Positions 22,541-35,122 of a DNA stretch of 64,000 nt are shown here, piece by piece. The DNA comes from Camelus dromedarius. Its lineage: Eukaryota. The stretch covers positions 93,002,001-93,066,000 of the forward strand of contig NC_087472.1 of NCBI RefSeq assembly GCF_036321535.1. Reading direction: 5' to 3'. How positions within the stretch are numbered: position 1 is the stretch's first letter; the number at the start of each line of letters is the position of its first letter. The notes under the pieces were generated by a model. That model was given only the letters and a program-made list of their open reading frames with translations, had not been told where the DNA came from and ran no database searches. A program made the position numbers and the translations under genes.

Positions 22541-22658
22541 TTGTATGCCCATGTAAGTTTTCATTTCACGAAACTACACCTTGAGTCTGGGGCCCACTCT
22601 GTGGGATTGTATAATACAGTACAAATACAGGTATCTAACACCAACTATACAGTAGAGT
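22541..22658 (-). pseudogene. Pseudo-exon encoding a decayed von Willebrand factor type C (VWC)-like module
   Basis: Acceptor cttctcctaccccatctcacag (phase 1), donor gtaaga. Reads DTCICTVLYNPTEWAPDSRCSFVK*KLTWAY, resembling the VWC pattern C..G..Y...E.W.PD.C..C.C..G.V.C. The next exon begins with QC. Confidence 0.55.
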
Positions 22659-22779
22659 CTGTGAGATGGGGTAGGAGAAGTTATTGGAAAGGACCTCACA
22701 GACCAGAGAGGTCTGCCATATTTAGTAGTTGTGGCTTTCTGTCATATGAAAATGTATTAGCTTCGCCCCTAGGAAGTGA

Positions 22780-23375
22780 AATAGTGAAATATAAATTCAA
22801 ATTATAAGAGATCTTTTCCTAATTCATCAGCTTGGCAAATATAAAATGATTTCATGTGTGTTGGCAAGGGTGTAGGTCATCAGGCACCCCTTTACATTGC
22901 TTGTGGCGAGTTAAGTTGTATAGTTTTTGTTCAAGAAAAGTTGGAAGGAGCTATCAAAACAAAATGCAAGAACCTTTGGAACTAGCAATATTCCTTCTAG
23001 GAATATATGCTGCAGATATTTGCAAAAATATATACAGTGATAGTCATTGAAGTGTTGATTAAAATGATAAAAGATCAGAAACAACCAAATGTCCACCTGT
23101 AGAGCATTTGTTAAATAAATTATTATGTATCCATTTTGTGTAACAGTAGTTGTATTAAATGAAATGAGGCAAGTCTATGCTTGCCGATAGGTAATACTCC
23201 CTGAGATACATCTTTTAGTAAGGGAGGAGGTCAAGGTATAGAACTGCATGTATAGTATGATACCATGGCATTAAAATATTTATTTGTGAGTATACTTAAT
23301 ATTTGCATAGAATTTCTCTGGATGAATACACAAGAAATGAGTAACAAGTCTTGTATCCAGAGGGGAACTCTGTGC
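22780..23375 (+). mobile_element. Old L1ME 3' region
   Basis: tgttggcaagggtgtagg..ctagcaatattccttctaggaatatatg..gaaacaaccaaatgtccac. Confidence 0.8.
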
Positions 23376-23384
23376 TGGGTGAAC

Positions 23385-23813
23385 AAGGTGGATTAGTTCA
23401 GCAAATATTCACTCCCATGCCCTCCCCCCTTCAAGGTGGAGTATAATTTCCTGCTCTAGTGACTAGGCCTTGGAAACATGACTTGCTTTGGCGATAGAAT
23501 ATAGCGAGTATGATATAGGCATGGGCTTGAGCAATTCTGGCTTAGCCATGTGCTTCTGTGATTACCATGAGAATAACATGACCCAGGTAGCCACTGTCTC
23601 TTCAGCCTGTGACTCTGAATGACATATGTGAATTATTCTCAAACTTGACCCAAAGCCTAGAACCAAGGCCACACAGCCCACAATCTGAAGCAGAGATGCC
23701 CCTGCCAATTCGTAAGCTTATAAGGGAGAGAAATCCATGCCTATTGATATAAGTCACTAAGTTATGGGGTGGTTTGCTAGACAGCATTATCGCATCAATA
23801 GCCAATTGATACA
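23385..23813 (+). mobile_element. MLT1I/J-like LTR
   Basis: catgacttgctttggc..ccatgagaataacatgacccaggtagccactg..agccaattgataca. Confidence 0.8.
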
Positions 23814-26186
23814 GCTGTAGGCTTACTTGTTACGAGTAGCCTTTTGTACTTTTTAATACATGTATACCCATTCAGAAGAATATATTAAAGTAATTTGTTA
23901 ACCTCTGTCTCCTCAAAACCAATCCAAAAAATATGCACAAAACAAGAAATGGCTTTAGATTGAACGGTGTGGAAGCTCATGCCCCAGTCATATTTGAACT
24001 GCTCATCTGACATGGTTATTTGTGTTTTGAGATTCCTCTTTTCATACTTAATCTGACAATCCAGTGAGACACCAACTAGTCTTATAATGAAAAGTTACTA
24101 AAATGAAAAGAGAGAAAGGGTTGGCATACAGTGAAAGACTAATTTTGTCTAGGAGAAGATGAGATACTGATGGATGTTTTAATTGATTTTAAGTATACTT
24201 TTTAGTGTTTTGCTGACCTAATTTGGCTATACCTGAATAAAAGCAGAAATGCTTCAACAGCATTTTGTTTGAATCTTTATACAGATTTATACTGGAATGC
24301 CGAGGTATTAAAGAAGTATGAAAGCCTCAAACAAGAGTATATTTCCCATAGATGTAGAAGATAGTAGAAAAATGACTTTGTTTTGAGATTATCACGTGTC
24401 ACTGAATCTGGAATTGTTACTCAGTTGTTGTATAAAATCAGACTGAAGATGATTTACCAAAGTCTATTTTTGGAGAGGACTCTATCAACCATGGGCATTT
24501 GTGCTAGCCAGATCATCTTTGAGAAAGCTGATCATCTATCTACTCCAGGGTTTACTGAATGAAAGTTGAGATCAACAGAGTTAGGGAAAAAAAAGTATTC
24601 TCTCGAGCATGAGTATTTTAAACGAGAGAGTGACTATAAATATCAGATCACTTCTCTTAGGGTCTGATCGTGTGACATCAAGAGAGACACAGAGTTGGAG
24701 GTGAGGACAAAATGTAAGAATCTCTGAGACAGAAGATGCCATGACATAGAACAAAGAGTAGAGGGGTGTGGTTGGGAGTGGAGAGAGCAGAAGTAGCATG
24801 AGCAGTAGTTCGGTTACCATTCATGGCAGATCACTAGACTGTGGAGTGTTGCAGGCCTGTTCTAGATCAGCCAAAGGGCGTCCTAGGCTCTGGATTTGCC
24901 TTGAATTCTTAAAGCCTAAAGAAGGCTTCAGTTCTCCATCGGCCTGTTTCTGAGATGGCATCTGTTTTTTTCATGTCTTCCCTGTACATTCTTACAAATA
25001 AATGAGCATATCTCTGTTCTTGTAGCAGCCCGAAAAAGTCCAGCTGACTTAATGGTCAATCTCAAAGCCTCTAGTTATTTCCAGATAGAGAAAAACTCTG
25101 TTTTGTAGCAACTGATTATATCACTAAGCCCAGAAATGGCATTTGAATCAGAATAGATCAAGACTCCAACGATGACTTCGTGGAAATTTATTGCCGCTAT
25201 TGGAAAGGAAAAAACCCCTCAAATATATAGCTCTGTAATTGATTTTCTTTTTAGTGTGTTGTTTGTATATTCATATTCTCAGGAAGATAATAATTCTCAA
25301 TCATTTAAATTCTTACTACATGAGAGTGATAAGCTTTTGAAATGGTGAAATGACACTGAGTTTGAAAATTAGAGGGTTCTGTTTATCTATTATCATAATA
25401 TGCAAATACTTTCTATACTAATTTCTGTCTATGAAACCAAGATAATAGTTGTAGTTGTCTATTAATGAATGCAAATTAAATGATTTATAGTAGAATGGAT
25501 ATTATCCCAACTGTATAGGTGTAAATATTAAATATCCTCCTACCATATCCTCCTTTAAAGTCATTGATATCTCTGTAAAATTTTCAATAGAAATGAGGCT
25601 TCACTTACCACTAACAAGATGAAGATTGATGAAATCAATTTGCACTGACCATCTTCAAATTGATGAATGTCAAAAATCTTATTCTGTTCACTAGTTCACA
25701 AGGATCCTCCTACAATAAATGCTCTAAAAGCTGTCTGTAAGCAAGTAGTTTCTGAAAAGCATTTGGCTGTATTCCTATTCATCAGAACACTGAACTCATA
25801 ATACTGTGAAACAATTAGTCAGACCACGAATTAACTAAGAAGCTTGATTTTTACATTACTGTGTTTAATTCCCGAAATCAGCTCTAAAGGAGTAGGAGAC
25901 CCATTACCCTGGATGCAAGAATAAATGGGCCCTTGGGCTTTTTTCCCCCTCATGAGGTATCTACAATTTAAGCAATAATCTCAGCTACTTCCCTTTAAGT
26001 TTCTAGCTGCATCATTTTTGTCTTAAGAAGAAAACCATCATCTGAATGAAGAGTAAACCCCCACATTGAAAGCATGTAATAAATAGCCTCTGATTATGAT
26101 ACAGTTATGGAAAAAGTGAAATCCTGGGGATGATTTCAAAGCTTTTTTGTTGTTGTTGTTAAATGGCTTTATAATTCAATACTTCT

Positions 26187-26993
26187 TTTTTGTTTAAACA
26201 TTTTTTATTGATTTATAATCATTTTACAATGCTGTGTCAAATTCCAGTGTAGAGCACAATTTTTCAGCTATACATGAACATATATATATTCATTGTCACA
26301 TTATTTTCGCTGTGAGCTACCACAAGATCTTGTATATATTTCCCTGTGCTATACAGTATGATCTTGTTTATCTATTCTACATTTTGAAATCCCGGTCTAT
26401 CCCTTCCCACCCTCCGCCCCCTTGGCAACCACAAGTTTGTATTCTATGTCTATGAGTCTGTTTCTGTTTTGTATTTATACTTTTTTTTTAGATTCCACAT
26501 ATGAGCGATCTCATATGGTATTTTTCTTTCTCTTTCTGGCTTACTTCACTTAGAATGACATTCTCCAGGAGCATCCATGTTGGTGCAAACAGCATTTTGT
26601 TGTTGGTTTTTATGGCTGAATAGTATTCCATTGTATAAATATACCACCTCTTTATCCAGTCATCTGTTGATGGACATTTAGGCTGTCTCCATGTCTCGGC
26701 TATTGTAAATAGTGCTGCTATGAACACTGGGGTGCAGGTGTCATCCTGAAGTAAGGTTCCTTCTGGATAGATGTCCAGGAGCGGGATGACTGGGTCATAT
26801 GGTAAGTCTATTCCTAGTCTTTTGAGGAATCTCCATACTGTTTTCCAAGTGGCTGCACCAAAGTGCATTCTCACCAGCAGTGTAGGAGGGTTCCCTTTTC
26901 TCCACAGCCTCTCCAGCATTTGTCATTTGTGGATTTTTGAATGATGGCCATTCTGACTGGTGTGAGGTGATACCTCATTGTAGTTTTGATTTG
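26187..26993 (-). mobile_element. Young camelid-type L1 3' end (L1_Vpa-like)
   Basis: ORF 26488..26919 is a near-intact ORF2 C-terminus ([46 protein letters not shown]). TSD tcaatacttct at 26176-26186 and 26994-27004. Confidence 0.95.
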
Positions 26994-27940
26994 TCAATAC
27001 TTCTATATAAAGAAAAAAAATTTCTCTGTTGATAAATGCTATTTCTAGAAGGGGAAGGTAATATTAGACATGTAATCCTTCATAAATATTTGAAATATAG
27101 GACTAGTTGGCTATGTTATGTTCCATAATAATTTTTTTGCCATTTTATATCATAATTATAGTGTTCATTGACTAACATTAACTTTTTCAAATATTAATTG
27201 ATCCCAACCAACCAAATGAAAGGGGAGATATATCAGAAGCTTTCTTGGGGGCAGAAAAAACAAGTATAGGATTTTGCAATGGAAAATTCAGAGGATAATA
27301 ACTGAGTTAATTACTTGTACACCCCCAAATAATTTTTTCACCTCATACAATTTATAAGATCCAAAATATATGTTACTTCCTTTCTTATTTAAAAATAGCA
27401 GATGAAAAGTGGGTTTTCTGAAACGAGTGGTAATGTGTTTGTATTCTTCTCTAGGTTTATACTTGGGTCATGGAGATGTCTGACATTGTAACTCAGTTAC
27501 TGAAGGAGTATGTCTTATGCGGGTGACCAGTCTGGAAATGGAAAGAGAAAGGATGCCTAGCAGTTCTCCTCAGAATGGAGAGACGCTTGCTTAGAGAGAC
27601 TGAGTTCTAGAGAAGAGTCTGTATTGCATAGAACTAGTTTGGGGCTGCATTGAGTGTGTTGCTATGCAGGACTTTTCCAAAGGAGAATTTCCCTATCTCT
27701 GTTCTCCTACTTGGTTGTCTCAAGTGAAAATAACCCCTGCTTCCTACACTGATGCCTACTAACTCAAACATCTTCATTTATTTCTTTCCTCCTCATTTCA
27801 AAAGATGAGCTGTTCCTTCACTGGTGCTCGAGAATCTAGATAGAATCCTAGCCTCTCTCCTCTGAGATATTGATCTACAAATCACCTTTTTCTTTAATAT
27901 ATATTTCATCTCTCTACTAGCTCTTTACTTTCTCAGCATT

Positions 27941-28752
27941 TGTGGCGGACACTATAGGCTGCCTACCAATGACCTTGATTTACCTCTTTTGTTTTTGCTG
28001 GTTTTGTTATTCCTCCATGTTAAAGACTCGAAGTGCCCAGATATCCTATTTCTCAGTCTCTCATGTGGTGGAGGGAAAGGCTGATGAAAATCTGCTGAGT
28101 CTTTTGCAAAAGACAGTTCTCACTGATAAGGTGGTGGCATGTGAGGGAAAATTCCCCTTCCTTCCCTTTCCCTCTGCTTTGGAAGCTGACTAGTGAAGCC
28201 ATGCAGCTTGGAGCTGCAACAGTCATCTTGCAATCATGATGGAAAGCATGGAGGGCACACTGAGGAATGATGTCTGGGAACAATTGAAAGAGCCTGGAGA
28301 CCTTAATGATATCACTGAGCTATTGAACAAACTCTGAGTTCAACTATCCCTGATCTTCCTGTGTAAGAAAAGAAAACCTATTGTCTAAGCAATATTTTGT
28401 CCAATATTCTGTTAAGTGTGTCAGGAAGCATCCTAACTGATTTTGATTGAAGCCTTAGTTGAATGACCCAATTGTTTTGTTATTTTCCCTCTTGTAGTTA
28501 AGAGCAAACGTGATGGTTGGTTCACAGCAAACATTTTGGTCCATGAAGTGACTTTGAAAATGGAAACTATGTGTTAATTATGATAAAGGAGATAAAATAT
28601 AAAGAGCCAGAGTCTCTGACTATAACAATTCTTGACTGCCAACCTTGAAACTTGTTTTATATGACAGAGATATTAATTTCTATCTTTTTTAGACCACATT
28701 TTTCGTTTTGCCTTATTTCCTGTTATAAGCATCTGAAATGAACCCTGATACA
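27941..28752 (+). mobile_element. MLT1K/J-like MaLR LTRs (two adjacent pieces)
   Basis: tgtggcggacactataggctgcctacc..ggagctgcaacagtcatcttgcaatcatga..gcatcctaactga; second piece ends gaaccctgataca. Confidence 0.75.
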
Positions 28753-28759
28753 TTTAACT

Positions 28760-29810
28760 TGCAAGTATAAGGAGACATGAATAAAATATACAGCTAGATG
28801 TTTTTGGATGAAAAGATATGTACATTTAAATTTGTGATAGCTACAAATTGTCCTACAAAAAATTAGCATAAATTTATGATTTTACCAAATTTATGATCAT
28901 TCTATATCTTCATTAATCCTGGGTATTATTAACATTTTAAAATATTTGTCATCGGATTATTTTAAATGATGCTTGTTATGATTTGCATTTTTAAAGCTGA
29001 GAAAAGTTAAGCCACTCTTCATTTCCTCCTAGACAATTTATATTTTTCTGTGAATTGCCTGACAATTTCTTTTTCCCATTTTTCTGTTATTATCTTTTTC
29101 TCTTCTTATTGATTTAAATTATATCATGGGAGTTTAAACTTAGCTTGTTATGTATCTTGCTGTATTTTTACTTTTTTTGCTTCTCTTATCCTTTGTTTTT
29201 TGATGCTACTTTTTGCCATGGAGATCTGGCAAATATTTGTTTAGTAAATTATCAGTCTGTACCCTTATGGCTTCCAGGGTTTGCACCTTAATTGGAAAGA
29301 CTTTCCTTATTTCAAGATTTTATATAATTGCTTACACATGTATGTGCATAATAGAAATATAAAAAACATATTTTTGGGTATTTTGTACAGTTTTTATGTA
29401 TCTCAAATTTATTTTGAAGGGTTGCATGAGGGATGCAACACAATATTTTTTCTCAAAAGATTAGTTAGTTGTTCCAATATTATTTATTGGAAAATCAGTC
29501 CTTTCTGCACAAACTGAATTGCCATTTTATCATATTTAAATTTCATGGATTTTTCTAGAAAGTAGTGCAGTACCTGGCATAAAGTAAATATTCAATATTT
29601 ACTTGCTGAAAAAAATAAAGGAATTGTGAAAGTATCCCCCAAAATCCTGTTGTTATTTTAGTTAGGGTTACACTGCATTTATGGATGAATATAGAAAGAA
29701 CTTATATTGCATATAATATAAAATTTTCTAATTTAAAATCATATTATGTATTTTAATTTATTTATATTTTATGCTGTACAGTTTTAAAATTTAATTCTAT
29801 TTTTAGCTAG
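28760..29810 (-). mobile_element. Old L1ME fragments
   Basis: Degenerate antisense L1 (tgtgaattgcctg, tagttgttccaatattatttattggaaaatc). Confidence 0.6.
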
Positions 29811-30504
29811 ATTATTTCCCATTTTAAAAAGTTGATTTCTCTCATTTTTCCCTTCTGTCTTGATGTGTTCACTCAGTATATTTATACTCCTTGTTCTCTT
29901 CTGCCCTGTGTCCCATATATGTTAAATATTCTCTTGTCCATAAAGTTCTTGCTATATAATTCATCCATGGGGATTATCTCAGCTTGAGAGTTTTCCTTTG
30001 TCTTACAGAACTGGTTGTATAACTAAAGTAATAAGGAGGGCCACTGTCTGTCAAATCTAACTTAATATTAGGAAGGTTTTTCAAATGAAACACCAATTTC
30101 TTTTAAAAGTTTTGATTCATGGGATCTACTTCATCTTTTTTTAAATACCATACCTGCACAAGAGATGAGTTGTTGGATATCCACTTTTTTATTTAGTACT
30201 TTGCTTACTGTTGGATTTAGGAGAGCTGGAGAAATACAACAGAGTTATATGAAACAGTTTCTCTATTCAAACACTTTATAGTCTTATTTTGGAGGCTAGG
30301 TAGAAACTCAGAAAACAAATAGAAATAATATTAGACAGTACTGACTTAAGTAAAAAGACATGTCCAGCAGACAAAGTACTTACAGAGCAGTGACTTAACT
30401 ATTTTGGGGGCCACAGAGTCCTTTGTGATGGTAACTACAGACACTTTCCCTAGAAAAGATTAAGAGCATTAGAGTAAATGAGTAGAATATTAAGTTTAAT
30501 CATA

Positions 30505-30978
30505 TGTATCAGTCAGGTTCTCAAAAGAAACAGATTTCACTCCAAAGGTTTAAGTAAAGATACTTCAATAAAGAGACAACTTACTGAGGAATGGGCAGAT
30601 TTGGGGAGACCAAAACTAAAAGTAAATATTGAGGCATCCAACGAGTAGCAGTAACAGAAAGTCATTACTATTCTTAAGCCACTCAAAGGACTAAGGGGAG
30701 GCCTCTGAAAATTGGCATCTTAGAGGAGAGGCTGTCTGATGGGAGGGCTGCAGCTGCTACCAGAGAAGCAGCACTGAACTGGATGGAGTAAGGAAGAAAT
30801 GCCTAGAATTTTCTCTCCTTCCAAACTCGAATCTTCTGCAGATGGTAAGCTAGCCAACCAAGGGGCCCAGTGATGTAGTCCACGGGAATCAGCCTTCCTG
30901 GGAACAGAACAGGAAAGACAAGGGTGGAGAAGGAACCTGGGCTGGGAAGGGGTGAAGCAAACAGAAGTGAGCAGCACA
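30505..30978 (-). mobile_element. ERVL LTR33-like solo LTR
   Basis: tgtatcagtcaggttctc..aaggggcccagtgatgtagtcc..gcagcaca. Confidence 0.65.
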
Positions 30979-31300
30979 GCATTCTTTAGGACATTGCCTA
31001 CTTTTGTAGTCTATACACTTCTAAAGTGACAGAAGAGTAAATAAATACTGAGATTAAATAGTAGTGAATTTGTAATTCAATTGTCTTCTCTCCAATGGAT
31101 TTCTCTGTTTTCTGGCCTGTGGTTGAACTGATGTCCTACTAGAGACATAAAATAAAGAGTAAAGAGGAAAATAAGAGTTTTGTTTATTAAACGACAAAAC
31201 TTTATACCTCATTTGAGATACAAAATCAGGCTCAAACTCAAGTTTACAAACCTTATGAATTTTTATTTCTATTTTCTTTCTGCTGAGAGTTGTGCTTTAG

Positions 31301-31478
31301 GCAGGGTGTGCTCCATGGGTGTGTAACTTGTGTATTTGCATAGGGCCCTGTGCTCAGAAGGGTCCTATACTTGCTAAATGCTCTGCTGTCACTGTCTTGG
31401 AATTTAGTAATTTTGAAAATGGGTCCCACCTCTTCATTTTGCATTGGGCACTGCGAATTTTATAGCTGGTGCTCCCTT
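31301..31478. mobile_element. MER45A-like hAT-Tip100 MITE
   Basis: cagggtgtgctccatggg..gggccctgtgctcagaagggtcc..ttcattttgcattgggcactgcgaattt. Confidence 0.75.
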
Positions 31479-32367
31479 CAGGTATGGCAATATCTGATTC
31501 CTCCCTAGGGGAGGTCTTTTATACTGTTAATGAAAATGGTATGAATGATAGTCTTACCTATCACTTTTCTACTGAGAAATCCATAGTAGTCAAGATACTA
31601 TATTTTTTCCATCTCCACTACATTTTCTGATCACTGAAGTGATATGATCATGCTTGAATCTAGATAAGGAAATAGTAAGGACATAATTGATGTACCCAAG
31701 ATATGGGATAAATTAATGCTGGAGTCAGGATTAGAACCAGGATGTTCTGACCCCCAGCTTCAGGCATCATTAATTCCCAAAGTGTCTGGATGCTAATGGA
31801 TTGTAGAGCATAACCTACCAACAGCAATAAAACAGAGCCCTTGTTTTGATTTTTTTCTCTCATAAAATATATAGACTCAACTAAAATACATGTTAAGTAA
31901 GCTGTCAGTAGAGAGCAGGGAATAAACTGAGGTCATGACATGAAGGGACTGATGGAACTCTCTTTGGGGCAACTAAAGAGAGTCCTAAAGGAAGGTCTAT
32001 ATAGGCACTGAGAATCCAGTCTAAAGTGGTTCAGGTCTGTGGGAATAACATGGGGTGACTTCATTGGTCTCGTCTTGATGTCAACAGTAAGCAGTTATCT
32101 TTAGTATTTCCTATTTCATGGTCTGAAGTGGTGATTTTTAAAAAATCTACTGTTAAACAAATCTTTTGACTCTGCATGTTTATAGAAAAGTGACCACCAG
32201 AAACAGTCCTTCTATCATTTTCAGTCCTCTAGCATCTCTGGCATGAAGGACAAGTGTTGTGAGTTGGCTTGGCAACCAATGACCTAAATTATTTTCCTTC
32301 CAGCATTCAAATACTGGATATTTTGTCAATGAGCTTTCTTCTAATAACTTATAAATAAAAAAGGTTT

Positions 32368-35122
32368 AGGGAGACTGATGTCAGCAAACTGTCAGCATAT
32401 GAATTCTTAGTGGACTTAACTATACCTCAGATTGAATGGATCTAACAGGCATACAGTAGTCCCTTTGTTACCTGTGGTTTCACTTTCTGCAGTTTCAGTT
32501 ACCTGAGGTCAACTGTGGTCTGAGAATATTAAATGGAAAATCTCAGAACTAAGTTATTCATAGGTTTTAAATTGTGTGTTGTTCTGAGTAACATGATGAA
32601 ATCTTGCACCATCCTGCTCTGTACCACATGGGATGTTAATCATCCCTTTGACCAGTGTATCCACATTGTAAACACTACCCACCTGTTAGTCACTTAGTAG
32701 TCGTCTTGGTTATCAAAATGACTATCACCATATTGCAGTGCTTATGTTCAAGTAACTCTTTATTTTTCACTAAATAATGGACCCAAAGTGCCAGAGTAGT
32801 GATGCTGGCAATTTGAATATTCTGCTAAGCCTAATTTAGATATTAAACTTGACTTAAATATGTATGTATAAGAAAAAACATAGTACATATAGATTTCAGT
32901 ACTATCTGTGGTTTTAGGAATCTAATGAATGTCTTAGAATGTATCCCACACAGATGAAGGAGGAAGTACTGTATACATTCCACCCAACAGTAACAGAATA
33001 CATATTTTTCTCAAGTGCACATGGAACATTTTCCAGGATAGATCATATAGGTCACAGAATAGCCTTAGTAAATATAAGAAGATTGAAATCATATCAAGTA
33101 TCTTCTGACTACAATGGTATGAAATTAGAAATCAATAACAAGAGGAAAACTGGAAAATTAAAAATGTATGGAAATAAGCAACATACTCCTGAACAAAATG
33201 TATTGAAAAAGAAATCAAAAAGGAAATAAAAATACCTTGAAACAAACAAAAACCTACCAAAAACTTACAGAATATAGCAAAAGCTATTCTAAGAGGGAGG
33301 TTTATAGCAATAAATGCCTGCATTAAGAAAAAAATCTCAAATAAACAACCTACCTTTACATCTCAAAAAAACTAAAAAAGAACAAACGAAGCCCAAAGTT
33401 AGCAGAAGGAAGGAAATAACAAAGATCAGAGCAGAACTAAATGAAACAGAGACCAGGAAAAAAAAAAAAAAGGAAAGATCAGCAAAACTTAGTGCTGGCT
33501 CTTTGAAAACAAAAAAAAATTGACAAACTTTTAGCCAAACTAAGGAAAAAAAAGAGAAGACTAGTAAAATCAGAAATGAAAGAGGAGACATTACAGCTCA
33601 CACCACAGAAATACAAAGAATTACAAGAGACTACTGTAAACAATTATATGCCAACAAATTGGATAACCTAGAAGAAATGAATAAATTCCTAGAAACATAA
33701 AACCTCTCAAGACTGAACGTGAAGAAAAAGGAATTTTGAGCAGACAAATGACAAGTAAGCAGACTGAAATAGTAATCAAAAACCTCTCCAAAAAGGAAAG
33801 CCCAGGAACAGGTGGTTTCACTGGTTAATTCTACCAAACATTTAAAGAAGTAACACTAATTCTTCTAAAATGCTACCAAAAATTTGAAGAAGGTGTACTC
33901 CCAAACTCATTTTATGAGGCCATGTTTCCCTGATACCAAAGCCAAATAAGAACACTTAGAGAAAAGAAAACTTCAGGCCAATATCCCTGATGAATATAGA
34001 TCCAAATTTCTCAGCAAAATACTAGTAAACTGAATTCAGCAGCACATTAAAAGGATAATACACCATTGTCAAGTGGAATTTATCCCTGGGATGCAAGGAT
34101 GATTCAGAATATACAAATCAATAAATGTGATATATTAACAGAATGAAGGATAAAAATCATATGATCATCTCATTAAATGTAGAAAAAAACATTTGACAAA
34201 CATTTTTTCAAAGAAGACATACGAATGGCCAATAGGTACTTGAAAAGATGCTCAACATCACTAATCATCAGGGAAATACAAATTAAAACCACAATGAGAT
34301 ATCACTTCACATCTGTTTGGATGGCTACTACCAAAAAGACAAGAAATAACATGTGTTGGCAAGGCTGTGGAGAAGGGGGAACCCTTGTACACTGTTGTTT
34401 GAAATGTAAATTGGTAGAGCCATTATGGAAAACAGTATAGAGGTTCCTCAAAAAGTGAAAAATATGACTACCATGTGATCCAGCAATCCTACTTTTGGGT
34501 ACATATACAAAGGAAATGGAACCACTGACTTGAAGAAATATCTGTTTGCACCCACATGTTCTTTGCTGCTTTATTCACGATAGCCAAGATATGGAAACAA
34601 CCTGTGTTCACTAATGAATGAATGCATAAAGAAAATGTGTCACACACATACACACAATGGAATATTATTCAGCCATAAAAAGAAGGAAATCCTGCCTTTT
34701 GTGACAACATGGATGAACTTGGAGGACATTATGCTAAGTAAAATAAGTCAGAGAAAGACAAATACTGTATGTTCTCTCCTATATGTGGAATCTAGAAAAC
34801 CCAACTCAGAGAAATAGAGATTAGAATGTTAGTTGCCAGCAGGTAGGAGGCATGGGGCAGAGAAGAGATGTTGGTCAAAGGTGCACACTTTCACCTATAA
34901 AATGAATATGTTTTGGGGATCTTACAGCATGATGACTATAATTAACAATATTGTATTGTATACTTAAAAGTTGTTATGTTATCACAACAAAAAAGTAATG
35001 AGGGAATGAGGTGATATCTAATCTTATTGTGATCATTAATTTGTAACATATACGTGTGTCAAACCATTATGTTGTAAGCCTTAAATTTGCATATATGTCA
35101 ATAATACCTCAATAAAGCTGGG
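32368..35122 (+). mobile_element. Internally deleted L1 (L1MA/L1M2-like)
   Basis: ORF2 endonuclease motif YIFFSSAHGTFSRIDH and C-terminal [27 protein letters not shown]; 3'UTR ends aataaagctggg; large deletion near 34200. Confidence 0.9.
32454..32971. mobile_element. MER44-like TcMar-Tigger element nested in L1
   Basis: Terminal inverted repeats cagtagtccc / gaagtactg, TA on both sides, interrupts contiguous L1 ORF2. Confidence 0.85.

Larger units (their letters stand above)
305..22658 (-). pseudogene. Ancient unprocessed collagen pseudogene: VWC-like exon, Thr/Pro-rich linker, very long Gly-X-Y domain; 3' end lies beyond the left edge
   Basis: About 50 minus-strand segments, typically a polypyrimidine-AG acceptor, then a Gly codon or decayed Gly codon, period-3 Gly/near-Gly codons, then a GT(A/R) donor. 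Parts show in the ORF track: GLIGHSRIMSSLGILGKK (10513..10713), SLGSQGQQP (10750..10998), KGKPCLPDLG (11014..11196), EVPGTI...GPNMGKAGPG (16153..16341), PPGPPSTNGRSAPLDFPGPM (8413..8838). Many stops and frameshifts. Confidence 0.85.

Noticed and set aside
24285..24667. Plus-strand near-open frame after an AG (LYWNAEVLKKYESLKQEY...)
   Set aside because: Three internal stops, no recognisable family, compatible with chance. A BLASTx hit would revive it.
26488..26919. 143-aa ORF as a host gene
   Set aside because: It is the L1 ORF2 C-terminus inside a TSD-flanked truncated L1.
27455..27507. Plus-strand 53-nt exon-like segment (ttcttctctag ... gtatgt)
   Set aside because: Isolated, with no recognisable peptide; such sites are common by chance.
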